Positions 40,122 through 50,478 of a DNA stretch of 64,000 nt are shown piece after piece. The position numbers and the translations under genes were made by a program. Source of the stretch: an uncultured Candidatus Saccharibacteria bacterium (GTDB taxonomy: Bacteria; Patescibacteriota; Dojkabacteria; SC72; WJKH01); NCBI GenBank assembly GCA_964602665.1, contig CAZRRH010000004.1, positions 16,169 to 80,168 of the forward strand, in the 5' to 3' direction. The notes beneath the pieces were generated by a model, which was not told where the DNA came from, did no database searches, and saw nothing but the letters and a program-made list of their open reading frames with translations. Position 1 is the first letter of the stretch. The number at the start of each line of letters is the position of its first letter.

Positions 40122-41438
40122 TCAACTTCCTTTATATAAATTTCTAAAGCTGGCGATTTCTTTAACAAATGCAACCTCAATTTTACCTGTTGGACCATTT
40201 CTGTGTTTGGAAACAATAATATCTGCGATTCCTTTTCTCTCTGTATCCATATCGTAAGTCTCCTCTCTATCAATAAACATCACAATATCAGCATCTTGCT
40301 CAATAGACCCTGATTCTCGCAAGTCAGAAAGTTGAGGAGTTCTTGTCGTCCTACTCTCAATGGCGCGAGATAACTGTGAAAGTGCGATCACAGGTACATT
40401 AAGCTCTCTTGCAAGATTTTTAAGACCTTGAGATATCTCAGAGACCTCCAGCACTCTGTTTTCTGTATGGGTACCATGAAGTAGCTGTAAATAATCAACA
40501 AATATTATATCAACACCCTGCTCGAGCGCTAATCTCCTTGCTTTTGTACGAATCTCGTTAATGCTTTGACCTGGTTTATCATCGATAAAAATATTTGCCT
40601 CAGATAAAATCCCCATTGCATCATTAAACTTAACAAAATCATCATCTTTTAACTTGCCCGTATGAATATTCCAAAAAGGTATTCCCGACTGCATGCCAAT
40701 AAGACGGTTGATAACTTGCTCATTGGACATCTCAAGTGAGAAGAAAAGCGCTTTTTTTTTCTGCGCCACACCGGCAAATCGCAAAAAATCAAAAGCCAAA
40801 GAAGATTTACCAACAGATGGCCTTGCTGCAACAATAATGAGATCAGATTTCTGGAAGCCTCCCAGAAGATTATCAAGCTCCTTAAACCCTGATAAGACCC
40901 CAGTTAATCCAATATTCTTATCAGCTGATAAAGCTCGTTCATAAGCATCCTTTAATAATGTTTTAATGTGTACAACTTTCTGCCTTATCCCCTGCTGTGC
41001 AACAGAGAAAAGATTTTGCTCTGCATTATCAATAAGCTCTTTTATATTTAAGTTCTCATCAAAGCTCCAGTTTGTTATTTTTCCAGCTATCGAGATAAGG
41101 TTTCGTCTCAAAGCGTTTTCTCTAACGATAACAGCATATTCTTCTGCATGAGCAGATGTTGGGACAGATTCGACTAATTCGGTTAAATATGCTCTACCAC
41201 CTATCTTTCGTAGATTTTTCTCTTTTTTAAGCTTATCACTGAGAGTAACAATGTCAATCGGTAATCCTTCCTCAAATAAGCTCATAATTGCAGAATAAAT
41301 TAAAGCGTGCCTCTGATCGTAAAAATGTTCTGAAGATAATTGCTCTGCAACAGTGATTACAGCGTCTTTATCTAAAAGCATGGCTCCAAGTACACTAACC
41401 TCAGCCTCTATATTTTGTGGTGGTACTCTATCAGCCAT
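40122..41438 (-). CDS. dnaB: Replicative DNA helicase
   Basis: AARPSVGKS, FSLEMS, DYLQL, LSQLSR, DLRESGSIEQDAD. Confidence 0.97.
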   Translation of the reverse strand: MADRVPPQNIEAEVSVLGAMLLDKDAVITVAEQLSSEHFYDQRHALIYSAIMSLFEEGLPIDIVTLSDKLKKEKNLRKIGGRAYLTELVESVPTSAHAEEYAVIVRENALRRNLISIAGKITNWSFDENLNIKELIDNAEQNLFSVAQQGIRQKVVHIKTLLKDAYERALSADKNIGLTGVLSGFKELDNLLGGFQKSDLIIVAARPSVGKSSLAFDFLRFAGVAQKKKALFFSLEMSNEQVINRLIGMQSGIPFWNIHTGKLKDDDFVKFNDAMGILSEANIFIDDKPGQSINEIRTKARRLALEQGVDIIFVDYLQLLHGTHTENRVLEVSEISQGLKNLARELNVPVIALSQLSRAIESRTTRTPQLSDLRESGSIEQDADIVMFIDREETYDMDTERKGIADIIVSKHRNGPTGKIEVAFVKEIASFRNLYKGS

Positions 41439-41463
41439 AAAAGCTCTTTAATAAGTAATCATC

Positions 41464-42081
41464 TTAATCTAAAATTGCAATCATCATTCTTTTGTCTTCC
41501 TCATTCGCTCTTACACCAAGTTTTAGCTCATCCATCTTCTCTGCTCCAGAAAATCCGCACTGTTTTAAGAAATCATCAACAGAAAGTAGCTCTTTATCGC
41601 CATCATACTGATAACCTGCAGGGATAAAGACTGACGGATCAATAGCAGATATTATCCTCTCTACTTTTGATATATTGGGGAATCCGTATTTATTTCCTGC
41701 TCCATCTCCAACAGCGATTATAAGAGCATCAACATCACCCATACCCTTAAGACTTGCTAGATCAAGCTCTGCACTATCATATCCTACAATTACAATTCTT
41801 TGCGTACCGCTATCTAACAATAAAACGCCATTATCATGCTTTCTAACAAGCACACCCGAGATTTCATACTCACCGTTATTTACAATTTCAAAAACAGTTT
41901 CTCTTTTATTTGGAACGATCTTACTCCCTTCTAGAACATTCTCTGTACCAGCATATTTTGCATGAGAAAAAAGCACTACATCTGCACTCTGCTTATTGCC
42001 CGATAAATTTGGATCAGTCAAAAAGACTGTATCGTCCTCTTTAATCGTAAATGATAGAAAACCCGCTGATTTAATTTTCAT
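41464..42081 (-). CDS. MBL-fold protein, metal site degenerate
   Basis: FLTDP, ADVVLFSH, GEYEISGV, VDALIIAVG, PSVFIP; HxHxDH is not intact. Confidence 0.65.
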   Translation of the reverse strand: MKIKSAGFLSFTIKEDDTVFLTDPNLSGNKQSADVVLFSHAKYAGTENVLEGSKIVPNKRETVFEIVNNGEYEISGVLVRKHDNGVLLLDSGTQRIVIVGYDSAELDLASLKGMGDVDALIIAVGDGAGNKYGFPNISKVERIISAIDPSVFIPAGYQYDGDKELLSVDDFLKQCGFSGAEKMDELKLGVRANEEDKRMMIAILD

Positions 42082-42197
42082 AAGTAAAGTTTCTAATATT
42101 AATTTCAGAAGAACTGTTTTAATATCAACAATTCAATTATGTGTTTCTGATTATAGCACAAAAGAGTTACATATTAAATAGTACCAAGCCTAAACTC

Positions 42198-42779
42198 TCA
42201 ACCATTGCTTTTTAAATACGCCACAACAACAAGTCGATTTTTTGCAGTAAAAAGCGGATGACAGGTGTATAGGGTCAAAATAGAATCTTCTGTGTTATCT
42301 TCAATCCAAGTTTCCTCTGGTGCAACAACAAAAGTCCTATCAACTTCATAATCGTACTTTTTACCTTCCCAATATATGTAAATTTTATCTCCTTTTTCCA
42401 ACTTATCGAGATTATAAAATGTCTTGTTGCTTGGTGGCGTGTATTGATACCTATGCCCTGTTATAACAGTATTTCCCCCTTTATCAGGAGTACTTGAATT
42501 AGGCCTTCTCCATGCCCCTAGTGACAAGACTTTATCGGTCCCGCCTTCTACAATATCCACATCCACCCAAATGGATGGAATAAATAATCGGTTTTCGCTC
42601 GGAATTTCGTCAGAATAATCTTGAATTATTGATTCTTGATTATTATTTGTTGTGATTTTCCTAACTTGGTAATCAACACCTGGAGCTAACGGATCAATAA
42701 TAAGATAAATACAAACCAAAATAATAAGAACTCTTAATACTTTTTTCCAATTTTTTTTAATAACTGCAAGAATATTCAT
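42198..42779 (-). CDS. Sortase (class D/E-like)
   Basis: N-terminal TM, NTVITGHR, LTLYTCHP, NRLVV. Confidence 0.92.
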   Translation of the reverse strand: MNILAVIKKNWKKVLRVLIILVCIYLIIDPLAPGVDYQVRKITTNNNQESIIQDYSDEIPSENRLFIPSIWVDVDIVEGGTDKVLSLGAWRRPNSSTPDKGGNTVITGHRYQYTPPSNKTFYNLDKLEKGDKIYIYWEGKKYDYEVDRTFVVAPEETWIEDNTEDSILTLYTCHPLFTAKNRLVVVAYLKSNG

Positions 42780-42781
42780 AT

Positions 42782-43006
42782 CTATAATTGCTCAATCATC
42801 CCTTCGACTTCCCTTATTATACTATCTTTTATTTTCTTTTTTAATAAAACTGCTTTTATCGCCTCTAAACTCGAGACAGAGGCCTTGATTTGCATAACTA
42901 TTCTATCTGTAGATTCTCCTCTGTCGATCATAGATGCCACCGCATTAACTTGTCCAACGGCTCTTTTAACTCTCTCTTTTATTGTTGAAGGTCCTTTCTT
43001 TGGCAT
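42782..43006 (-). CDS. CsoR/RcnR/FrmR family repressor lacking Cys/His ligands
   Basis: RVKRAVGQV..V..MI...IVMQIKA..SSL family pattern; operator-like site upstream. Confidence 0.75.
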   Translation of the reverse strand: MPKKGPSTIKERVKRAVGQVNAVASMIDRGESTDRIVMQIKASVSSLEAIKAVLLKKKIKDSIIREVEGMIEQL

Positions 43007-43041
43007 AATAATTTTTATTTTAAAACTTATTGTTTAATTCT

Positions 43042-43070
43042 ATTATATACCCTCCCGGGGTATATAGCAA
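43042..43070 (-). promoter_or_regulatory. Promoter with a CsoR-type operator TATATACCC-TCCCG-GGGTATATA
   Basis: TTGCTA-N17-TATAAT, with the palindrome at 43044-43066 filling the spacer. Confidence 0.8.
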
Positions 43071-43151
43071 GCCTCTTGTTAAAAACGAATCTAACTAAAT
43101 CCTACAAGGCACTTGCAATTTCTAATAAAACATAATATAATAAGACTCGTT

Positions 43152-43490
43152 ATGAAAAAAGATATACATCCAAAATTTAATAGAAGTGCTGTAGTAATAT
43201 GTTCTTGCGGAAACAAGTTTACAACAGGCTCAACTCTTGATGAAATCAAAACTGAGCTTTGTTCTAAATGCCATCCTTTTTATACAGGTGAGCAAAGAAT
43301 TGTTGACACAGAGAACTTAGCTGCCAAATTTGCTAAAAGACAAGAGCAAACCAAGACACTTGGCTCTTTTAAGAGCAAAAGACAGAAAATGCAGTCTCGC
43401 AAGGAAAGAAAACAGCTCAATGTGTCAGCTACGCCAAGAGCAAATACACTTAAAGATATGCTCAAAGCATTGAAAAATGACGCTTCTTGA
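43152..43490 (+). CDS. rpmE: 50S ribosomal protein L31 (Zn type, C-terminal extension)
   Basis: MKKDIHP, CSCG, CSKCHPFYTG. Confidence 0.95.
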   Translation: MKKDIHPKFNRSAVVICSCGNKFTTGSTLDEIKTELCSKCHPFYTGEQRIVDTENLAAKFAKRQEQTKTLGSFKSKRQKMQSRKERKQLNVSATPRANTLKDMLKALKNDAS

Positions 43491-44556
43491 TAAACTAAAA
43501 CAGCTACAGACTACTCACGATACTCTTAGCCAAAAGCTCCTAGATCCAACAAAACTCACAGAAGTAGAACGCTCTACTCTATACTCAGATTTAGATTATC
43601 ACACAACAGCAATTGATCAAATAAGCAAAATTATTAAACTCCAAAAAGAGCTTGAAGACGCAAAAGAGCTGTTAAACGATAAAAGCATGCATGAAATGGC
43701 ACTAGTTGAGATTGATAAGATTAAGCAGGAATTATCAAAAACCGAATCTGAACATCGCGCCTTAGAAGTAGAACGCAAATTTAGTGATCCCGATGATACA
43801 AGATCTGCGATTATCGAAATAAGAGCCGGAGCCGGAGGTGACGAAGCAGGTTTATTTGCTTCTGACCTTCTCAAAATGTATCAATTCTATGCTACCTCCC
43901 AGGGATGGGTCTTTGAGATCATATCAACAAGTGTAAACGAATCAGGCGGATACAAAGAGATCATTGGCTCAATAAACGGCAAAAATGTTTTTAAAAAGCT
44001 CAAATATGAAAGCGGCGTCCACCGTGTGCAAAGAGTTCCTATAACAGAATCAAAAGGCCGAATTCATACATCAACAGTCTCCGTCGCAATTTTACCAGAG
44101 GCAAAAGAGATTGATGTACAGATCAAGCCGGAAGATATTAAAATAGATGTTATGCGCGCAACTGGCGCAGGCGGACAGTGTGTTAATACAACAGATAGCG
44201 CAGTAAGAATAACACATATACCAACAGGTATAGTTGTCAGCTGTCAGGAAACAAAACATCAGCTGCAAAATCGTCAAAAAGCTATGGCTATGCTTTTAGC
44301 AAGAATTTACGACAGAAAAAAGAAAGAGGAGCAAGACAAAATCGACTCTCTAAGAGCAGGACAAGTAGGCAAGATGATGCGAGCAGAAAAAATTCGCACA
44401 TATAACTACCCACAAAACCGAATAACAGACCATAGAGTTAAGCTCTCATGGCATAATCTAGATGGCATTCTAGGCGGTAATTTGGAGCAAATGCTTACAG
44501 ATACAAACGATGCTGTTATACAGGCATTAATTGAAGAAAATGACTCTGCCAAATAA
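43477..44556 (+). CDS. prfA: Peptide chain release factor 1
   Basis: GAGGDEA, VQRVPITE (PxT motif), GAGGQ. Confidence 0.95.
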   Translation: MTLLDKLKQLQTTHDTLSQKLLDPTKLTEVERSTLYSDLDYHTTAIDQISKIIKLQKELEDAKELLNDKSMHEMALVEIDKIKQELSKTESEHRALEVERKFSDPDDTRSAIIEIRAGAGGDEAGLFASDLLKMYQFYATSQGWVFEIISTSVNESGGYKEIIGSINGKNVFKKLKYESGVHRVQRVPITESKGRIHTSTVSVAILPEAKEIDVQIKPEDIKIDVMRATGAGGQCVNTTDSAVRITHIPTGIVVSCQETKHQLQNRQKAMAMLLARIYDRKKKEEQDKIDSLRAGQVGKMMRAEKIRTYNYPQNRITDHRVKLSWHNLDGILGGNLEQMLTDTNDAVIQALIEENDSAK

Positions 44557-45412
44557 TACTACACAACTTATTCCCCTACTCTCCCAAAAAATCGATCATA
44601 TCTGTGCAGACACGGGATTAATAGCTAAAGAAATAGTCTCACATGTGATTGGCAATGACAAGAACATATACAACAAAATCTTATCAGATCAGCAAATAGC
44701 AGAAATTAACCAAATAATCGAAAAACTTAATACGAATATCCCATTGGCTTATATTCTAAAAAAAGCACAGTTCTTTTCCCTAGACCTTCACATTAACAAC
44801 TCTGTCCTAATCCCAAGGGTCGAGACAGAACAACTAGTGCAAATCGCAATTGATTATATTAAAAGATTTAAAAACAAGCCTGCTTACATAATAGACCTAG
44901 GAACAGGATCAGGAAATATAATAATTTCACTTGCAAAATTTTTACCATTTGATAATTATAAATTTATCGCTACAGATATATCAAACAAGGCTCTAAAATT
45001 GGCATCAGAAAACGCAAAGAGAAATGATGTTGATATTACATTTATTAAGTCAAATTTCCTGCAAGATATTGATCCAGAGCTAATAAGTAAGATTAAAAAA
45101 TCAGTTCATTTTATTATCAGTAATCCGCCTTATATACCCCCTAAAGTATATAATTCCCTGTCTAAAAGCGTAAAAGCACACGAGCCAAGGAAAGCTCTCC
45201 ACGGAGGCAAAAGAGGAGTCAAATATTATAATCGCATAAAAAAGCAAATCAGCAACCTTCAACTTTCTCCACAAGGCATTTTTTTAGAAATAGACCCGCT
45301 AATAAGGCGCAAAGTAGTCAAGATTTTTAAAACAGGTACAGTTGTATCTGATTCGTTTAGTAGGAAGAGATTTTTTATCAAACTAAAGAAATTGCCGGCT
45401 CATTCTCTCTAA
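44540..45412 (+). CDS. prmC: Release factor glutamine methyltransferase
   Basis: VLIPRVETE, DLGTGSG, SNPPY; follows prfA. Confidence 0.93.
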   Translation: MTLPNNTTQLIPLLSQKIDHICADTGLIAKEIVSHVIGNDKNIYNKILSDQQIAEINQIIEKLNTNIPLAYILKKAQFFSLDLHINNSVLIPRVETEQLVQIAIDYIKRFKNKPAYIIDLGTGSGNIIISLAKFLPFDNYKFIATDISNKALKLASENAKRNDVDITFIKSNFLQDIDPELISKIKKSVHFIISNPPYIPPKVYNSLSKSVKAHEPRKALHGGKRGVKYYNRIKKQISNLQLSPQGIFLEIDPLIRRKVVKIFKTGTVVSDSFSRKRFFIKLKKLPAHSL

Positions 45413-46781
45413 CTCCTCCGATAAGCTCTTGCATTATTAAATATTTCTGCTTAACTAGCTCTTTATTTTTAGCCTCTAAGTTAAGCCTTATAAGAGGTTG
45501 TGTGTTTGATCCTCGCAGATTAAATCTCCAGTCGTCAAATTCTATTGATATGCCATCAATTTTCTCTGTTTTACCTTCTTTAAAATGATTTTCTACTTTT
45601 TCCAAGGTCTTTTCAACACTATCCACTTTAAAATTAACTTCACCACTATTTGGATAATTCTCATAATAATAATCCATACTAGCAGCAAAATCAGCTCCAT
45701 TTGCAAGAGCATTTAGCATAATAACGATACTAATCATACCTGAGTCAGCGTAATAAAAATCTTTATAGAAAAAATGGCTACTCACTTCTGCTCCAAAAAC
45801 TGCCTGGTGCTCTTTCATCTTCTCTTTAAAATATGAGTGTCCCGCCTTGCTTATTACAGGTATTGCACCAATCTGCTTGACTTTATCGCTAATACTCCAT
45901 GTTAGACGAGGATCGTGAATAACTTTATCTCCCTCTTTAACAAGATATGGGATAAAAAAAGCCCCCGTATAAACTCCCGTTGGATTGCGACCTTTGCTAT
46001 CGATGAAAAAGACCCTGTCACCATCTCCATCTATTGCAATTCCAAGATCAAGCTTTTTATCCAAAACCATTTTCTTTATATCTTTGACATTCTCTTCTTT
46101 TAATGGATCAGGCGTATGATTTGGGAAATTTCCATCAGGCTCAAAAAACATCTTATGGACACTGATATTTAAATCGGAAAACAAATAATCAAAAAGCTTC
46201 CCTCCTATACCATTTCCTGCATCAACCGCTATTTTTATTTTTAGGTTGTAAACAGATTTATCAAGAAAGCTTGTTATTTTCTCTTTAAATGCTGGATATA
46301 TATCTAAATAATCAGCTTCTCCTACTTGTTGGCTCATAAAAGAGCTCTGTTCGCCTGATTTCACACTCTCAACCATAATATCTCTTATTGCAAACAGTCC
46401 GCTCTCTTTACTGCATGCAGATGCTCCCCTACCTACAATTTTACATCCATTATACTGCGCAGGATTATGAGAAGCTGTGACAACAGCGCCACAATCAAAG
46501 CTTTGATCACTTCCTGTCGCAAAATATAGCATTTCAGTTGCAATTTCGCCAATATCTACAATGCTAGCGCCCTCAGATAGAGCTCCTTTTATCATTGCTT
46601 TTTGATATTTGAGACTATCTTTCCTAAAATCTCGCCCAATAGCAATTTTACTGGCTTTATAATATCTAGCGGTTGCAATCCCAAGTAAATAGTAAAATTG
46701 CTCGTCAAGCTCTTCTCCTGCCAATCCTCTTATATCATAAGCATGAAATACTGATTCTATATTTGAGATAATATCAGCCAT
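45378..46781 (-). CDS. manB: Phosphomannomutase/phosphoglucomutase
   Basis: FHAYDIRG, TASHNP, DGDGDR, RGSNTQP. Confidence 0.92.
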   Translation of the reverse strand: MADIISNIESVFHAYDIRGLAGEELDEQFYYLLGIATARYYKASKIAIGRDFRKDSLKYQKAMIKGALSEGASIVDIGEIATEMLYFATGSDQSFDCGAVVTASHNPAQYNGCKIVGRGASACSKESGLFAIRDIMVESVKSGEQSSFMSQQVGEADYLDIYPAFKEKITSFLDKSVYNLKIKIAVDAGNGIGGKLFDYLFSDLNISVHKMFFEPDGNFPNHTPDPLKEENVKDIKKMVLDKKLDLGIAIDGDGDRVFFIDSKGRNPTGVYTGAFFIPYLVKEGDKVIHDPRLTWSISDKVKQIGAIPVISKAGHSYFKEKMKEHQAVFGAEVSSHFFYKDFYYADSGMISIVIMLNALANGADFAASMDYYYENYPNSGEVNFKVDSVEKTLEKVENHFKEGKTEKIDGISIEFDDWRFNLRGSNTQPLIRLNLEAKNKELVKQKYLIMQELIGGVRENEPAISLV

Positions 46782-46806
46782 ACTTTTTATCTAAAAATTT
46801 ATATAT

Positions 46807-47892
46807 CTAATCTATTATTTTGACCTCACTTTCTAGCTCTACCCCATACTTTTCCATTACTTCCTCTTTCATTTTCTTTGTGACAGCCAAAATTTCCTCT
46901 CCCGTTGCTTTCTTGTTTGAGACGACACATAAAGCATGAGCTTCATGTACACCTGCATTGCCCATCCATCGCCCTTTCCAGCCTAACTCGTCAAGCAGAC
47001 GACCCGCAGGTATTTTTACATATTCCAAATCATCAACTTTTTGCCAATCTTTCAAGTCGTAGCTTAATTTATCAACAGGATAAGACTGCAAATCCTCAAG
47101 CACCGTCGCCAATTCTTTAAATTTTGCCACTGAAACAACAGGGTTTCTAAAAAAACTCCCACAGCTTCCGACTTTGTTTAAATCCGGCAATTTTCTCTCT
47201 CTTATATTTATCACAGCTTGTGCAACATCTTTTATTGTATAAGGCTCTTTTGCAAATTTAACAAGCTCTTCCTCCAAAGATACATAACGCCCTTTTCTTT
47301 CATGATAACTTGTCTCCAACTTATCTGGATCTTTTTCCAATCTAACATCGACATAAGTAATTATATATCTATCTTCACCACCTTTTAACCTAAAAATTGG
47401 TATTCGATATGTTAAATCAAACTCACTTGCAGCAAAATGAACAAATTTGCCTGTTTGAATATCAAAGGCCTCAAGCCCCACAAAGACATCACAGAAATTT
47501 TGTCCATAAGCAGCTATATTTCCCGCACAGGCACCTCCTACAGTACCAGGTATTAATGCCATGTTTTCTACGCCACCTAGGTTGTTTTCTACTGCGTGCA
47601 TTACAAAATCATGCCAATTCTCCCCTGCTCCAAGACGCATAATTACATGATCCTTTTTGTCCTCTATTATTTCTCGTCCCTTAATATCGATTTTTATAAC
47701 AACACCTTCGTAATCTTTTGTAAAAAGAATATTTGTCGCATCACCTATTATGATTCTTGGAAGATTTTTTATCTCTTCTGATTTTAATAACTGCTCTAAT
47801 TCATCACGATTTTTTATTATTGCAAAGTATTTTGCTTTTATATCAACAGCAAATGAGTTGTATTTTTTTAATGAGAAATCTTTGTGTATCAT
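46807..47892 (-). CDS. murB: UDP-N-acetylenolpyruvoylglucosamine reductase
   Basis: IPGTVGG, GSFFRNP, HAL, LESEV. Confidence 0.93.
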   Translation of the reverse strand: MIHKDFSLKKYNSFAVDIKAKYFAIIKNRDELEQLLKSEEIKNLPRIIIGDATNILFTKDYEGVVIKIDIKGREIIEDKKDHVIMRLGAGENWHDFVMHAVENNLGGVENMALIPGTVGGACAGNIAAYGQNFCDVFVGLEAFDIQTGKFVHFAASEFDLTYRIPIFRLKGGEDRYIITYVDVRLEKDPDKLETSYHERKGRYVSLEEELVKFAKEPYTIKDVAQAVINIRERKLPDLNKVGSCGSFFRNPVVSVAKFKELATVLEDLQSYPVDKLSYDLKDWQKVDDLEYVKIPAGRLLDELGWKGRWMGNAGVHEAHALCVVSNKKATGEEILAVTKKMKEEVMEKYGVELESEVKIID

Positions 47893-47925
47893 TGTTTTTT
47901 TATTAAAAATTATTCTTTAAATAAC

Positions 47926-49437
47926 TTATCCAATCTGCCTTACATCGCCTCCAAGTTTATTAATCCTATTTGCAATATCCTCATATCCTCTTGAAATAGA
48001 GTAAACATTTCTTAAGATAGAGACACCTTCAGCTCCCAACATTGACAACATTATTATCGCTGCAGGCCTTAGCGCCGGCGGAGCAACAATTTGTGTATTT
48101 TTCATTACCGTTGGACCCTTGATATAAACCCTATGAGGATCAGCTAGAATCATATCGGCTCCAAGTTTCGTTAATTCCATGTAGTAAATTGCCCTGTTCT
48201 CATAAACCCAATCATGGACCAGTGTTTGACCTTCTGCTTTTGTCGCTATTGGAACAAAGAACGGAAGATTATCAATATTAATTCCTGGAAATGGTCTTGC
48301 ATATATTTTCTCATCAAGAGCTTTAAGCGTAGAAGGATATACAGTCAAATCAACAAGATCTGTAAAACCGTTATAAGATTTGTAACTCTTCCCTATTTTA
48401 AACCTAAGCCCCATCGCTCTTAACTTGAGAAGCTCTAATTCAAGAAAATCAATAGGAACACGCTTTATTGTAAGCTCTGAATTTGTCATAATAGCTGCTG
48501 TTATCCAAAACATTGCCTCAATTGGATCTTCACTATTATAATGCTCTACTGTGCGATTGATTTTATCTACCCCGTGTATAGTAAGCGTGGTTGTACCTAT
48601 GCCATCAACTTTAACACCACAATTAAGTAAGAAATTTGCTACATCACAAACCATATAATTTGCGCTCGCCATTTTTATTACTGTGTCACCTACGATTTTA
48701 GATGCAAGCATAAGGATATTCTCCGTACCAGTATCAGATGACTCGTACATAATAATTTTATTTGGTTTCAGATTTTTTGCTTTCACAATATAGTCGTTAG
48801 CTGTTACCTTAATCTTCACACCAAGATCGCTCATGGCATAAAGGTTTGACGCAATAGTTCTTGTGCCAAGAGTACAACCTTGGGCGTGAGGAAGTGTAAA
48901 CTCTGGCAACAAATGAATCAATGGCCCAAGGAACATAAGAATAGTCCTAGTCCTTTTGGCCGATTGCTCGTCGATTGTTTTAAGATTGACTTTTCCAACC
49001 TTTATCTCAAGTGTATCATGGTCAAGCCACTTTGTATTAATACCAATGCTTTGCATAACTTCCAAAATTCTATTTACTTCTTCAATTCTTGGGATTTTAT
49101 GTAAAATTGTCTTACCTTCATTAAGCAAAGCAGCACACAAAAGTCCCATTGCTCCATTTTTTGAGGCATTTACGGTAACTTCACCTGACAACTTTTTACC
49201 ACCATTTATTAAAAAATCCGTACTTGATGGAGCATTTATTATTAATTTGCGATTTAAGACGTTGCTTATTTTCGCTAAAGTATCCGTTGTAAAATTCTGT
49301 TCTCCTTTTTCCATCCTTGCAACAGCACTTTGCGTAGTTTTTAATTTCTGTGCAAGCTGTTCTTGCGTTATGTTTTTGCTTGAGCGAAGCGATTTTATCA
49401 TTCGACCGATTTGCTTATTTATTGTTGGATTTTTCAT
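47926..49437 (-). CDS. murA: XRE-HTH fused UDP-N-acetylglucosamine 1-carboxyvinyltransferase
   Basis: N-terminal TQEQLAQKLKTTQSAVARMEKG helix-turn-helix; SKNGA, GCTLGTR, YENR, RGYE. Confidence 0.92.
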   Translation of the reverse strand: MKNPTINKQIGRMIKSLRSSKNITQEQLAQKLKTTQSAVARMEKGEQNFTTDTLAKISNVLNRKLIINAPSSTDFLINGGKKLSGEVTVNASKNGAMGLLCAALLNEGKTILHKIPRIEEVNRILEVMQSIGINTKWLDHDTLEIKVGKVNLKTIDEQSAKRTRTILMFLGPLIHLLPEFTLPHAQGCTLGTRTIASNLYAMSDLGVKIKVTANDYIVKAKNLKPNKIIMYESSDTGTENILMLASKIVGDTVIKMASANYMVCDVANFLLNCGVKVDGIGTTTLTIHGVDKINRTVEHYNSEDPIEAMFWITAAIMTNSELTIKRVPIDFLELELLKLRAMGLRFKIGKSYKSYNGFTDLVDLTVYPSTLKALDEKIYARPFPGINIDNLPFFVPIATKAEGQTLVHDWVYENRAIYYMELTKLGADMILADPHRVYIKGPTVMKNTQIVAPPALRPAAIIMLSMLGAEGVSILRNVYSISRGYEDIANRINKLGGDVRQIG

Positions 49438-49469
49438 ATGATTTTAAATAAATTTAATCATACAATACC

Positions 49470-49498
49470 AAGATAGCATATGTGTTATATTCTGTCAA
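49470..49498 (-). promoter_or_regulatory. murA promoter with an imperfect palindrome in the spacer (possible XRE operator)
   Basis: TTGACA-N17-TATCTT; AGATAGCATATGTGTTATAT is 14/20 self-complementary. Confidence 0.55.
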
Positions 49499-49534
49499 GC
49501 TTGCGTAGATCCTCTAATTATGGTATAATATGAT

Positions 49535-50473
49535 ATGACACACGAAGTAGCAACAGAACAAGCACAGATAAGTATAGAAACAGGTTTCCCGACTAATTTT
49601 GCCTATGGACCAATAGCTCCTCTTAACAGCGAATGTCAACCTGTTTTCCCATATTTAAGAGCAGATCAACAAAAGAGCCCTGGTCCGGAATATGAGTTAT
49701 TAACCATCGCTGACCTATTTAGGCTGCCAGATTACTTACCAATTACAGCAGAGGAAGTGGCAGATATTCTTAACAGAACAGCCGCAAGACTAGGAGGCTT
49801 TTTATTATCTTGGAAACCGGATGTAATTCTACGCTTTTTTGATGAAGGGAACTTAACACTACATATCCCCTTTCTAGAAAAGTCTCTTTCATCAGTAACA
49901 GAAGTAGGAGAAAAACAAGGTCCAGATTTTAATAATGCCAGAAATACAAAATGGGCCTCGCTCGCCAATGCAACAACCAGAATATTAACCAGAACTGCTC
50001 AAAGATGGAGCCCAAACCTCCAGACTTTTAACAACTCAATAACAGATGAAATCTTAAGAACAATAGCTCCGGTAACAACAAATCAAGTAGCAAAGACTTT
50101 TGAACTAAGTTTAAGTTTACTTTCTCCTCTAAAACAAAGAAAACCTCTGTTTAAACCGAGAGTTCAGAAACACAGAAAAATAGCGCTAACAGGCGTTGTC
50201 TCACCAATAAAAGAAGAGAGGAAATCTGTAGTTGAAAATTGCTTTGAAGTTGCCACCATTGAATTAAGATCTCCATTAATAAGAGATGATGAAGGTGAAC
50301 TAACTTTATTATATTATCCAACAAGAGATGTTCTATTCAAGCAGAATCCAGCCCGCCCCACAATGCCAAGCCAATATTTCATTGTAATCTTCGATAATGG
50401 AAATGGAAGATACCTTTTGCAAAGAATTAATCCTGTAGATGATATTTATTCAGCACCGCCATTAGTTACCTAA
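49535..50473 (+). CDS. Hypothetical protein
   Basis: 312-aa ORF with its own promoter, TTGCGT-N17-TATAAT, 5 nt before the ATG. Confidence 0.65.
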   Translation: MTHEVATEQAQISIETGFPTNFAYGPIAPLNSECQPVFPYLRADQQKSPGPEYELLTIADLFRLPDYLPITAEEVADILNRTAARLGGFLLSWKPDVILRFFDEGNLTLHIPFLEKSLSSVTEVGEKQGPDFNNARNTKWASLANATTRILTRTAQRWSPNLQTFNNSITDEILRTIAPVTTNQVAKTFELSLSLLSPLKQRKPLFKPRVQKHRKIALTGVVSPIKEERKSVVENCFEVATIELRSPLIRDDEGELTLLYYPTRDVLFKQNPARPTMPSQYFIVIFDNGNGRYLLQRINPVDDIYSAPPLVT

Positions 50474-50478
50474 AATCA

